Shown: positions 24,476-34,551 of the stretch, one piece after another
Layout: the number at the start of each line of letters is the position of its first letter
Position numbering within the stretch: the first letter of the stretch is position 1
DNA from: Nemertoderma westbladi
Taxonomy: Eukaryota > Animalia > Xenacoelomorpha
Direction of reading: 5' to 3'
Length of the DNA: 34,718 nucleotides
Assembly: GCA_032718475.1 (NCBI GenBank)
Contig: JAUCBJ010001569.1
Span: forward strand, 1-34,718
Made by a program: the position numbers and the translations under genes
The notes under the pieces: generated by a model
Seen by the model: only the letters and a program-made list of their open reading frames with translations
What the model was told of the DNA's origin: nothing
The model's database searches: none

Positions 24476-24662
24476 GTTGTCGGTTTTTAATACTGGTAAT
24501 CTCTTCTCCCATTGGTTGGTTTGTGGCTTTAGTGAAGCTTTCAGCGGCCCCTGTGTAACCATGGTGAACGAGGTAGCTGGCTACCAGTTGCCTTAGATCC
24601 CCGTGCATACTCCGGCTATCATTCCGTTTCAGTATCTTTTGATATATTTCTTCACGTTGTTC
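24476..24662 (-). CDS. RANBP9: RANBP9/10 coding exon 5 (LisH)
   Basis: TTTAG|; EQREEIYQKILKRNDSRSMHGDLRQLVASYLVHHGYTGAAESFTKATNQPMGEEITSIKNRQ; |GTAAGT, phase 1. Contains the LisH motif SYLVHHGY. Confidence 0.94.
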
Positions 24663-24991
24663 CTAAATATGAATTTTAATAATAATAGACGACTGACTGG
24701 CTGTACTAACTAAACCTACACAACGACGTTACCGGTATTATTAGTAATCCATTAATGTATAAACTGCTCGGAGTCTCAAGTCTCAACAACCCGATTTCGC
24801 GTTCCTGAAATAGACTAGCTGTAAGCAAAAGGTCAATTAATCGCTAACTTTATTCTAAACCGACTAAATTATAATATTTTATAACTTATAATTATCTATC
24901 TAAAGCGATTTGAGATTCAGTTTTGCTATTGACACATAGCGCAGAGCAGAATAAAGTCGACTTGCTTTCTGCACCGGACTCTCAATAAGAT

Positions 24992-25842
24992 ACCGGTACT
25001 GTATGGGGCAATGCTGCTTACCTACCCACGGCCGCGACCTACCGGTACTGTATGGGGCAATGCTGCTTACCTACCCACGGCCGCGACCTACCGGTACTGT
25101 GTATGGGGCAACGCCTCTTACCTACCCACGGCCGCGACCTACCCACGGCCGCGACCTACCCACGGCCGCGACCTACCCACGGCCGCGACCTACCCACGGC
25201 CGCGACCTACCCACGGCCGCAACCTACCGACCGGTACTGTATGGGGCAATGCCTCTTACCTACCCACGGCCGCGACCTACCCACGGCCGCGTCCTACCGA
25301 CCGGTACTGTATGGGGCAATGCCTCTTACCTACCCACGGCCGCGACCCACCTACGGCCGCGACCTACCCACGGCCGCGACCTACCGACCGGTACTGTATG
25401 GGGCAATGCCTCTTACCTACCCACGGCCGCGACCTACCCACGGCCGCGACCTACCGACCGGTACTGTATGGGGCAATGCCTCTTACCTACCCACGGCCGC
25501 GACCTACCCACGGCCGCGACCTACCGACCGGTACTGTATTGGGCAATGCCTCTTACCTACCCACGGCCGCGACCTACCCACGGCCGCGACCTACCGACCG
25601 GTACTGTATGGGGCAATGCCTCTTACCTACCCACGGCCGCGACCTACCGACCGGTACTGTATGGGGCAATGCCTCTTACCTACCCACGGCCGCGACCTAC
25701 CCACGGCCGCGACCTACCGACCGGTACTGTATGGGGCAATGCTGCTTACCTACCCACGGCCGCGACCTACCCACGGCCGCGACCTACCGACCGGCACTGT
25801 ATGGGGCAATGCTGCTTACCTACCCACGGCCGCGACCTACCG
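24992..25842. repeat. Compound GC-rich minisatellite (12 long units, mostly 49/53/70/87 bp, built around a 17-bp subunit)
   Basis: ACCGGTACTGTATGGGGCAATGC(TG/CT)CTTA followed by a variable number of CCTACCCACGGCCGCGA subunits. Confidence 0.95.
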
Positions 25843-25865
25843 AGTAACATAGTTTTGTTTCTCAC

Positions 25866-25967
25866 CTTCAGCATTTGCTCAATATTAAATACGAAAGGAG
25901 TTTGTCCGAAATTCGCATCAACTATCTCCCCGGGTGTCTGCAACCCAACTGTAGGGAATATACCAGC
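25866..25967 (-). CDS. RANBP9: RANBP9/10 coding exon 4 (end of SPRY)
   Basis: CCCTAG|; [34 protein letters not shown]; |GTGAGA; 102 nt, phase 0/0. Confidence 0.95.
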
Positions 25968-26409
25968 CTAGGGAGAATAAACAACTAGCGACAGCGTAAT
26001 ACTACAGTAAAGATAACTTATGGACTATGGGAATTATTAGAGCATAGGGAGTATTATAGTAGACTACGGAAGACTGCTGTGGTAAATTTATAATTTAAAC
26101 TAATAATTATTATGGATAATTAATTACATTGTGTTTATATTCCCAATCAGTTTGAGACGACGTTTGAACTAGCGCACAAGATAGGCCTACAACGCTACAG
26201 CAGACAACCAATGATAGAAAAATTACAAAACGTAATGGACTAGGACGTCCCACGAGATTAAGTCTCAATACAAGGACACCAGCAGCACAGAATGGAATAT
26301 AATGAAAAATCATAAAGTAATCAAATGATTTGTGCAGTACCAGTAATTTTAGTTAAATTAGGGGAAAAGTCAAAGTCATATAATTATAAATGTATGGCCG
26401 TATTGGAGG

Positions 26410-26885
26410 GAGGGCCTGTGGTGGCAACCTTAGGCTTCCACGTAGGAGGCCCTGATTCGATCCCTTGACCAGGCAACGCTGTTTTTGCAGTGTTTTAAAA
26501 CGACAAAATGTATAATTATTGCTGTAATGTGATCAATATAAAACCAATATATGTTAACATTAGACTGATAGTAGAGGGTCCTACGAATTAGGCCACCCCA
26601 AAATAGTCACAAAATATCTAAAAAAGGCTAAACTATTACCGGTACCCCAAAATAAACCAACAATGTTAGAAACGGCGAGGGAAAGGAGCAGGTTACAGTG
26701 GCAAATTTTTCTAACCAAAACAATAAACGAGAGTGAAAAACAAGTATTTCGGGGTAATTCGTAGGACCGTTTTTAAAACACTGCACAAACAGAAAACAGT
26801 GCTACACTGTCAAGGCAGCAGGGGATTGAACAGGGGCCTCATAATTGGAAGCCCAGCAATTTCGCCACTAGACCATGCAGCTGCT
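26410..26885. mobile_element. Inverted pair of tRNA-derived (Gly-TCC-like) SINE-like heads around a module-A core
   Basis: + copy: GGCTTCCACGTAGGAGGCCCTGATTCGATCCC...GCAGTGTTTTAAAACG. - copy: TGGTCTAGTGG...GGCTTCCAATTATGAGGCCCCTGTTCAATCCC...GCAGTGTTTTAAAAACG. GGTCCTACGAATTA inverted at 26577 and 26755. Confidence 0.55.
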
Positions 26886-26989
26886 TGAAAATAACAACTA
26901 GTTGCGGTAAGTTGCGATTTTTAGTAGGACCCCCCCCCCCACCTCCCCTTAATCCGGCCCTGCTCATGACACAGTACATATAGACTTAC

Positions 26990-27180
26990 AGGTACACCGT
27001 AAAATGCCACACCCAGGTTATGACCGTTTTTCGTGTAGAAACATTCACCGGAAACGAGGTTCAACCCACATCCAATCACATCGCCTGTGGAAAAGGTTGG
27101 TCCGTATGGTTGCCCGGTACCTGATGACCAGAATGAGTGACCATCGTCGCCGTGGTAACCGTAGGATAGCTTGTCCCAAC
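26990..27180 (-). CDS. RANBP9: RANBP9/10 coding exon 3 (SPRY)
   Basis: TTCTAG|; (G)[63 protein letters not shown]; |GTAAGT, phase 0. Not in the ORF track; translated by hand. Confidence 0.95.
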
Positions 27181-27425
27181 CTAGAATGGGTATGTTCTAG
27201 TGTTAAACCTGATCGATCCCGATTTCTGGGTTCAGGATCATTAATTTTACAAGGCTCTACTCCGGTGGAAGTTTCTTAAAGATATCAGTATATGAATCGC
27301 TTTAGTATTGAATTTAGTATCTTGAATACTTTATTTCACGCTGCGAATAATTGGTATTACAAAATTAACGAAGACCATTTATACTTTATCGCAGGATGTG
27401 TTATAATGGACCGTAATGCTAAATA

Positions 27426-27627
27426 ATATAAACCAACCTGGTAGTCTGTTCATACGAACCCGACCCCAATATAAACCAACCTGGTAGTCTGTTCATACGA
27501 AACCGACCCCAATATAAACCAACCTGGTAGTCCGTTCATACGAACCCGACCCCAATATAAACCAACCTGGTAGTCTGTTCATACGAACCCGACCCCAATA
27601 TAAACCAACCTGGTAGTCTGTTCATAC
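27426..27627. repeat. 43-bp tandem repeat spanning the RANBP9 exon 2 donor junction (~4.7 copies)
   Basis: Sense unit ATGAACAGACTACCAG|GTTGGTTTATATTGGGGTCGGGTTCGT; the first copy is the real exon end. Confidence 0.95.
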
Positions 27628-27774
27628 TGACACTTTGATCAGAGAACCCGACTCCCATATAACCGTCTCTTCCTTTATTTACAATTCGAACTTCGTAATA
27701 ATAAATACCGCATGCTGCCGGCACCGAATGGGTAGCTCGCACAGAGGCGGCGTCCTTGGGTGACTTCCCGTTAC
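27610..27774 (-). CDS. RANBP9: RANBP9/10 coding exon 2 (SPRY)
   Basis: Acceptor TTACAG|; (G)[54 protein letters not shown](G); donor CCAG|GTTGGT, phase 1. Confidence 0.95.
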
Positions 27775-28390
27775 CTGTAACAAAAATAATATTTATTGTG
27801 TAATAATATATATACAGATATATTATTTAGAGTTTACTTCCACAGGTTTACTGTGGAAGATCACCCATGGTGGTGAAAAGGCATTCCTTGGCTTAACGAG
27901 CCTAAAAGATTATCGCATTCATTATATTATTTATTATTTTTAACGACACATTGTAAATACGAATACTTATATATTATATTATATAACCAATACTATATGG
28001 TCCATTCACATTCAAGGATATTATACATTATGGCAATACAAATAAAATCCTAACTGTCTAGTAATACAGTGAAATATAACAATAAGTAATTCTGTTGCGG
28101 GTAACAACTCCGCATAGTTGCTTATGGTACCTGTATACACAAAAATACAAATTAATTTAATATTCAATTTCAAATTTTCATAAGAATTTCGAATTTCCAA
28201 AATTCTTCAAATTACTGAATTAAATTAAAAATTTATAAATTGTACCTGTCTGCCTGTCCTGTACACATGGCTGCATGGGCATGGCGGACGGCGCGATCGG
28301 TATAGGTACTGGTATAGGGATAAGTACCGGTATTCCAACCAGGACCATTACCGTAACGGTGAACGAAAACATAAAAGTAGAAAACGGAAT

Positions 28391-28824
28391 CGGTCCCACG
28401 GTCCGTCAAACACCCAAATCACACGAAATTGACCAAATCACACCAACAGACTCAAAAAAAACAAATTATACCTCTGCCTCTCATAACTCAAAAAATTATA
28501 ATTTTTATTTTTTCAAATCGTTTATTGTTTTGGTTCCTTCTGGCTACCACAGTAACCTGCTCATTTACTTTTCATTTTTTTTTTGTGATTTGGTGTGATT
28601 TGTAGTGATTTGATGTGATTTGGTATCATTCGGTGTGATTTCATCAGTTCATGATTTGGTTTGGTGTGATTTGGTTTTGAGATTATTTTCTGTGATTTGG
28701 TTTGCAGGTTTGTGATTTGGTATGATTTGGTTTGTGATTTGGTGTGAATTGGTACCGGTATGATTTGAACATTGCGATTTGGTGTGATTTGGGTGTTTCA
28801 GTGTTTAGACTGTTAGACGGACCC
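28391..28824. mobile_element. MITE (MULE-like) with CAAATCACAC subterminal repeats
   Basis: GGTCCGTCAAACACCCAAATCACAC on the left, GTGTGATTTGGGTGTTT...AGACGGACCC on the right; AACGGAAT direct repeat at 28383-28390 and 28825-28832. Confidence 0.75.
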
Positions 28825-28924
28825 AACGGAATTCCAAAATATCTGGCAGTAGCTGAGTAGTGCGTAGATAAAGCATTAGCCAGTTCCCAGTCCCACTTGG
28901 CTAACCGAACCGACTAGGCCTAAC

Positions 28925-29099
28925 CTTTGTAATGAACCCTGAGGTTGTTCTGAGACAGGCCAATCAGAGAGCATTTATCAGATGCATTCCACGCCCTTGG
29001 TAACGGAGTTTCGTTTTCATTAACAACGGGATACAGCTGTTCCAGATAATCAATGTCAATTGTTCCTTCAGTATCACCCACCTTTTCGTCGGCTGCCAT
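28925..29099 (-). CDS. RANBP9: RANBP9/RANBP10 coding exon 1 (start of SPRY domain)
   Basis: MAADEKVGD...[41 protein letters not shown] matches the RanBP9/10 N-terminal SPRY region. ATG at 29099; donor AAAG|GTTAGG, phase 1. RANBP9 versus RANBP10 cannot be resolved; probably the single invertebrate co-ortholog. Confidence 0.93.
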
Positions 29100-29151
29100 A
29101 TCAAATAGTCTAAGCAAGCAAGCAGTCACTACTCACTACTGCACTAACTGA

Positions 29152-29176
29152 CTAAGGACAGAAGGATGAAGAACTA
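29152..29176 (-). promoter_or_regulatory. Candidate 3' splice acceptor upstream of the RANBP9 start codon
   Basis: TTCTTCATCCTTCTGTCCTTAG| ending 52 nt before the ATG: polypyrimidine tract plus AG. Confidence 0.5.
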
Positions 29177-29247
29177 CCGGTAGGCCTACCAGTACAGCCA
29201 ACCCAACAGTGGAGTGACAGCTGGTCAGACAGTCAGAGTGCAGGAGT

Positions 29248-31473
29248 CCCTATTGAAAAGTTTTATTTTCTGCGCCGAACGCGGCGCCGGGTGCCAAAAA
29301 TAAGGATACAGAGACGGAAAACCTTAATAAAGACAAATGCAACAAGTACAGTACATACGTTGTTTTATTCCAAAAGTGTAACATTACGAAACAACTACTT
29401 AAGAAACACTGCATGTAAATTTTTGTTGTCAAGTAAGGTGTACATTTTTTGAAATTACTCAAATGTTACAATATGAATTATAGAAAGAATATTAAAGACT
29501 ACCTTCAGATGGCCTACAATAGTCGTTGTATTTATGTACTACGTTCTACTTTACTACATGCTACGTACTGCGGTCCGGTATGGTATACGTCTATGCTACA
29601 GATACGGTATGTCTGAATGAATAATGACTAGCTGTATGTTATGTTATGTTATTAATATCGCCAGAATAACAATAAAATATTAATTTTTGCATATGTACGT
29701 ACACGTACAGTAGATTAAAATAAAATGAACACATATCTGCAAAGTACGCAGATATGTACAAAGTATATTCTTACAGTTGGTGCATGTTAAAATTTAACAC
29801 AAAAAAATGTTTTTTTGGGATTGAAAAAATGAAAATAATAGGTCCTGTAGCTAGATTTTAATAAAGATATCGTTGTATCCGAAAGATATTGCTTTCGCTA
29901 CTGCCACTTGGCGCACAGGAGTATCACTATATATTCATTTTAAGGGACATTTCGCAGTCTAGTCTATATTTGAATATGCTCAATCATGAAGTATGGAGTA
30001 CCAAGGGTATTATGTGCATTACATTAACAACACTTTCCGGTAATGGTAAAGGATTCCAAATGTTTACAACACTGTCTGCAAAGTTGTTGCGTGTTAGCAT
30101 TGGTGGAGTTAGGAACGAAACTGGAAGAAATTACTTCGCTCAATTTTATCAATCCCGTTGATAAACTTGTTTGTTGTTATAAGGTTGGCTAGTACACGGC
30201 GATATATTAATGTCGGTAGTTTGAGTGCAAGTAGTCGGTTTTCATGACAACTCAGCCAGCGATAGTACAACTGTACACGGCGAGTGACCACACGGTGTTG
30301 TACTTGTTCAAGACGTTCAATATTTATCATGTCGGAGGAATGGCGAGCAAACAACTGTGTCGTATTCAAGGAGAGGCCGAACAAGGGATTTGTATAACAG
30401 GGTCAGAGGGTAAACATCGGAGCTTCCAAATATGTAAAAGTTCTTCGTATTAAATGTACGACTCGCATGGCGCGGGTTGCAGTCTTTGTGCAGTGAGCTG
30501 TGATGCTGTGAAGGACAAGTCTGGTGTAAATGTAATTCCAAAATCACGTTCCTTGGTTGCCGATAAAAGTGTCCGTCCATTCATTGTGTAAAAAGTTGCT
30601 TGGGGATTTCTAGAACATAGATGCATGCATGACCTTGCACTTGGAGTCATTGAACTGTAATTTCCAATGGTTACACATGTGTGTCGGCAATAAATTGTTT
30701 CATTATTATCAATAGTGCCATAGTATAAGTCGTTTTGTTTTATTCACTGTTCAACTTCATTCTGTCTGCCTGTTTTATTATATGTGCGTGCAGTTTTATT
30801 TATACGCTTCTATGGCAGCGTTGTCTCCATCCAAATAATATAATAGGCCTACAGTAATATTTATTATAAATATAGCTTATACAATACAGCAATATTATGT
30901 AAATAAATAAACTGACTATGACCAATAGCAATAATGACTGATCAGCTGATAGCTGGAACTGTGATAGCCTACCTGCCTACTGCATAACAGCATAAGGTTA
31001 AATACGTAAATACGTAAATAAATGACCAGTTTCAGTCAGCCAGTGCTGCAGTGTGAGTTTCATTATTGCCTCCTGCATGGCCAGTTGTTTTTGTGTTGCT
31101 GTGCTGTTGGTCAGTTGGTCTGATGAACGCATGTCTGCTGTCTCAGTCTCACTGTCAGACTGTCTGCCTGGTGCTAGGTTCGGCTGATTTCTGCGCCAGG
31201 CAAATATGTACGCCAGGTGTGCTGGGCTGATTCCTGCTCCGGCGCCGGGTCAATTTCTGCAGCGTCGACGCCAGGAATATTTCGACGCCTGCTGCGCCGA
31301 GCGCAGCATCTCTACCATTGCCAGTGCTCCGCCGGCTACGCCGGCGTAGCACATCTCTGCGCCGACCCTTCCAGCTCATTGCCTGGCGTAGCACATTTCT
31401 GCGCCAGCTCCCGGCGCAAGTTCTAGTGCTGCGCCGAACGTGCTCGGCGTACATGTAAAACTTTTCAATAGGG
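29248..31473. mobile_element. Non-autonomous TIR DNA transposon with 8-bp TSD
   Basis: 18-bp perfect TIR CCCTATTGAAAAGTTTTA at both ends; TSD GCAGGAGT at 29240-29247 and 31474-31481; GC-rich T(G/A)CGCC subterminal motifs at 31175-31455 and 29270-29296. Confidence 0.88.
29955..30675 (-). mobile_element. CR1/L2-group LINE 3' fragment (degenerate), nested in the TIR element
   Basis: Frameshifted WKLQFNDSKCKVMH, ERDFGI, LYKSLVRPLLEY, LEQVQHR, RLLALKLPTLIYRR, VVNIWNPLP: C-terminal motifs of CR1-type ORF2. Confidence 0.85.
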
Positions 31474-31879
31474 GCAGGAGTGAGGTCAGAGGTAGAGTTC
31501 AGGAGTTAGAGAGCAGATGGAAGAGCGTCAGCGTCAAGTGTCAAGCTACCGTTAACAGCCTGACAGCAGACGAGCAGACAGTGTTAGATTTAGAGATTGA
31601 TGTTCAATTCCCAACCAAATTAAACTAGGAACTATGTGACAGCTAGACTGCTGGACTGAGTGCTCTCAGGCTGTGCAACAGAGAACAGAGCTAGCTTTGG
31701 CTGAACTCATATTGTACGCCTAGCTGCATAGGCCAGTGTAGGCCTAGGCCAATTAATAGGCCTACTGGCAAACTAGTCTTGATTATCCTTCACTGTCCTA
31801 CGTAGGACGGCTAAAACGTCTGTCCTTATCTGATCTGATCTGATCTGACGGTATCTGACACTTGTTCCACCTTGGTTCA

Positions 31880-32056
31880 GAGCCCGGCTTGGTGTAGTGG
31901 TTATATTGAAATCACCTCTCACGGATTTTGTGGGTTCAACCCCGGCATGGGGGCCAAGGTAGTTTTCGTCTCGGCACGAATGCTTTGAAGGGTTTAGCGA
32001 TAGGAATCTCTGCCTTGCATCCTTAAATGGTAGCTAAATGAGTACTGGAGTTTCTG
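31880..32056 (+). mobile_element. tRNA-derived SINE (degenerate)
   Basis: A-box TGGTGTAGTGG (31890) and B-box GGTTCAACCCC (31933) without a full cloverleaf; downstream TAAATGAGTACTGG body motif. Confidence 0.55.
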
Positions 32057-33339
32057 CCCATATCAGCATGTGAAGCCCCCCCCCCCCCCCCCCCTCTCTC
32101 TCTGAAACTAACGCTACTAACTAAAAGGAATTCATATAAAATAAGCTAGAAATTTTAATCTTGTTTTTGGCGGCGGGTACCAAATTTTGGAGCCAGCCCC
32201 AAATTTTGAAATATTTCAATTTTGAAAATTGAGTATTTGAAGCTGTTTTTTACTCTTAACCCAGTGGCTCCCTTCTGTAAGAAATGTACATACACCAAAT
32301 GTCAATATGTGCACTGCCTCGTCGGATTCCGAGTGGCCCACACCTGCCCCGGTGTGCCCACTGCGGATCTTCAGTAGTAAACCAATTTGGTTAGGTCAAA
32401 TCCAAACATTCACCGGAGACCACCAAATGGCGCGCCATGTGAAGTACCATGCAGACACAATGACGATGAAGCTGTTTTTTTTCCGCAATAGGGTTTTAGG
32501 CATTCTAGTCTCGTTGGAATATATATGAATTGCACCAGGCATATCATCAACGTTGTATTTTTCGGTGCTGTGTGCAAAATTTGGTGCCAGCAAGAACTTT
32601 TGAAAATTCATTCAATAGTTCAATTGATTGTGACAACTCATAGTCCTATCTTACATTTTAGAGGTTTATGGGGGCTCTGAATTCAATGGAATAAATATTT
32701 ATCTAACAACTATACATCTCAGAATGGTAATATGTGATAGCTGATTGGTTGGTAAGGGTTGTCAACGTACCTGAGGATCAGTTTCCTTTGCTTTCCAGAG
32801 GGAAATTTGAACATTGGCTTACATATTGTGAGACTACAGTATGCTTCAATAAGCGGTAATTGAAAAAACATGTGCATTCAAATTGTTAAAAAATGCAATT
32901 CCCTTTAATTTTTCCGTTCCAATAAAATTGAGTAGTTAGAAAACATGTCTAAGATGATTTTCAAATGCTCCAATAGATTGTTAATAGATTTTAACCAAGT
33001 GAGTATTGTTTTGATTTCCTGGCTTGTCCTCCTGAGAATGCCTTCAATTGCGGGGCGAAACCTACCGATCAACTGGCTGCCGTCAGCTGATCACTGATTG
33101 CATGCAACGTCTAGGTCTTGTTGCTTTTTAGTTTTTTACATACTTTGGCACTGACATACCTACCGGTAAGGTTTTTACTTGACGTGCTTGATTAATAAAT
33201 AAAATACAATTTATTAACTCTTTGTTATTGGATTTTCAAGCTTCTACTTCAAGTTTTTATTTCTCAGTTAGTTGGGTACCTACTCTAATTTTAATTTATT
33301 ATTCTGATTTTTATGGCGTATTAATTGTTCGGTACCTTA

Positions 33340-33500
33340 AACGGAACCTTATAGTCAGTACTCTTATATATTGTAGTACCAGTACTCTTACTCCTACCAA
33401 ATCTCTGGATGGCACTTTCACAAGAATGCTGCGCCGGGTTCACTGTGTCAAGTACAATGAACTCATCTCCAACCAGACTCTATACAGCATTGAAGGTGTC
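33340..33500 (+). mobile_element. RTE-clade LINE C-terminal fragment
   Basis: VSTLIY...TKSLDGTFTRMLRRV...ISNQTLY is homologous to VESVFLY...IDGCYTRPLRAAL...MTNAELY in the LINE at 751-1224. Confidence 0.7.
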
Positions 33501-33504
33501 AGCA

Positions 33505-34540
33505 TTGTCAGGTCAGGTCAGGTATTCTAGGTCATTGATCAAGAAAACTTGCCACCTCCATGCCAGCATGCAGCATAAAGGAGGTGCCACCTGTAGCTGC
33601 ATAGACCCTCTTACTAGGGCAAATCTGGTCCAGTAACTAGGACCCCCTTCGTTCTGGGATAAGGACGCCCTTGGTCCTGGATTAAGAACCCATATACTTG
33701 GCTGCAGGGGTATATGGCCTGGCCAGGCTGATGGTGATCTACCAATGGCTGGTCAGGAGTAGAGTGTTCTCATGTCCACTCTGAGTGCACTTCACTGCGA
33801 CCTGCACCTGGCAGCAGGGGTACAGGGCATGACCCAGCAGATGAGCTGCACAGCCAATGGTGGGTCATATGCGACAGAGTTAGATATGGGTGATGGGCCT
33901 CATATCTGACTCCACTGCGACACCCACCCTGTGGAATGGCAAACCAGGGTGTGGTATTTGCCCCGAGAGCTGACTCGGCAGAAAAGCACCCCCCAACCCC
34001 CACTATGGATTACATTAGTAATGCGGAGGTCCAGCCACTAGAGGCCAGTGGAATGACTAGACACAATCGGCCTCACAGGCGTCAGTTATCTCCTGACCGG
34101 CTGCCTGTCTCACCCCCTACTGGAAAGAGAGCGGCAAACAATTATTTGAGTCCCTTTCCTGATGACCTTTCTGGCCCAAACCCTGGGTCACCAGGGAGGC
34201 CAGATTGTGAGGGGGAGAGGGATTCTGGAGTTGGAGGCTACTCTCATGTTCCACCCCACCAATAAAGCCATTGGTGAATCTCAGGCAAGTCACTAGACTA
34301 GCCTCAGTAAACACCCTAACACTCGGTGAGCTGACTGCCTTGGCAGATAAGCTATCTCTTAGTGCAGTGGGTGTTCAAGAGCACCGAATGCAGACTGGAC
34401 AGACTGATGGGGTTCTGATTAAGGACATGGGGGCGGTTGGCGACTCACCCTCGCTTCAGCAGATGATAGTGGCAATGGTGGAATTGGTCTATTGATGAAT
34501 CCAACTGCACATGCACTACTAGGATCGGCATGCTACATTG
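33505..34540 (+). mobile_element. 5' portion of an RTE-like LINE (5' UTR/leader + start of APE endonuclease), degenerate
   Basis: RLASVNTLTL...GELTALADKLSLSAVGVQEHR, then after a frameshift GNGGIGLLM: APE N-terminal motifs. The 5' boundary is uncertain. Confidence 0.62.
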
Positions 34541-34551
34541 CAGCTGCATTT

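Noticed and set aside
25003-25971. Three overlapping 266-322 aa ORFs ([14 protein letters not shown]...)
   Set aside because: Stop-free minisatellite open in all three + frames; antisense to RANBP9 intron 4 and exon 4.
26410-26480. Functional tRNA-Gly gene
   Set aside because: Acceptor and anticodon stems do not pair and the boxes are degenerate; SINE-like remnant. The same applies to 26810-26885 and 31880-31950.
31790-31860. GTCCTACGTAGGAC palindrome followed by (TCTGA)n
   Set aside because: Possibly a retroelement 3' tail, but too short to assign.
32110-32700. Possible DNA-transposon internal sequence
   Set aside because: Composition is suggestive, but no TIR, TSD or coding motif could be defined.
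33720-33790. Hammerhead ribozyme core near GGCTGATGG
   Set aside because: Lacks the CUGAUGA...GAAA consensus and supporting stems.
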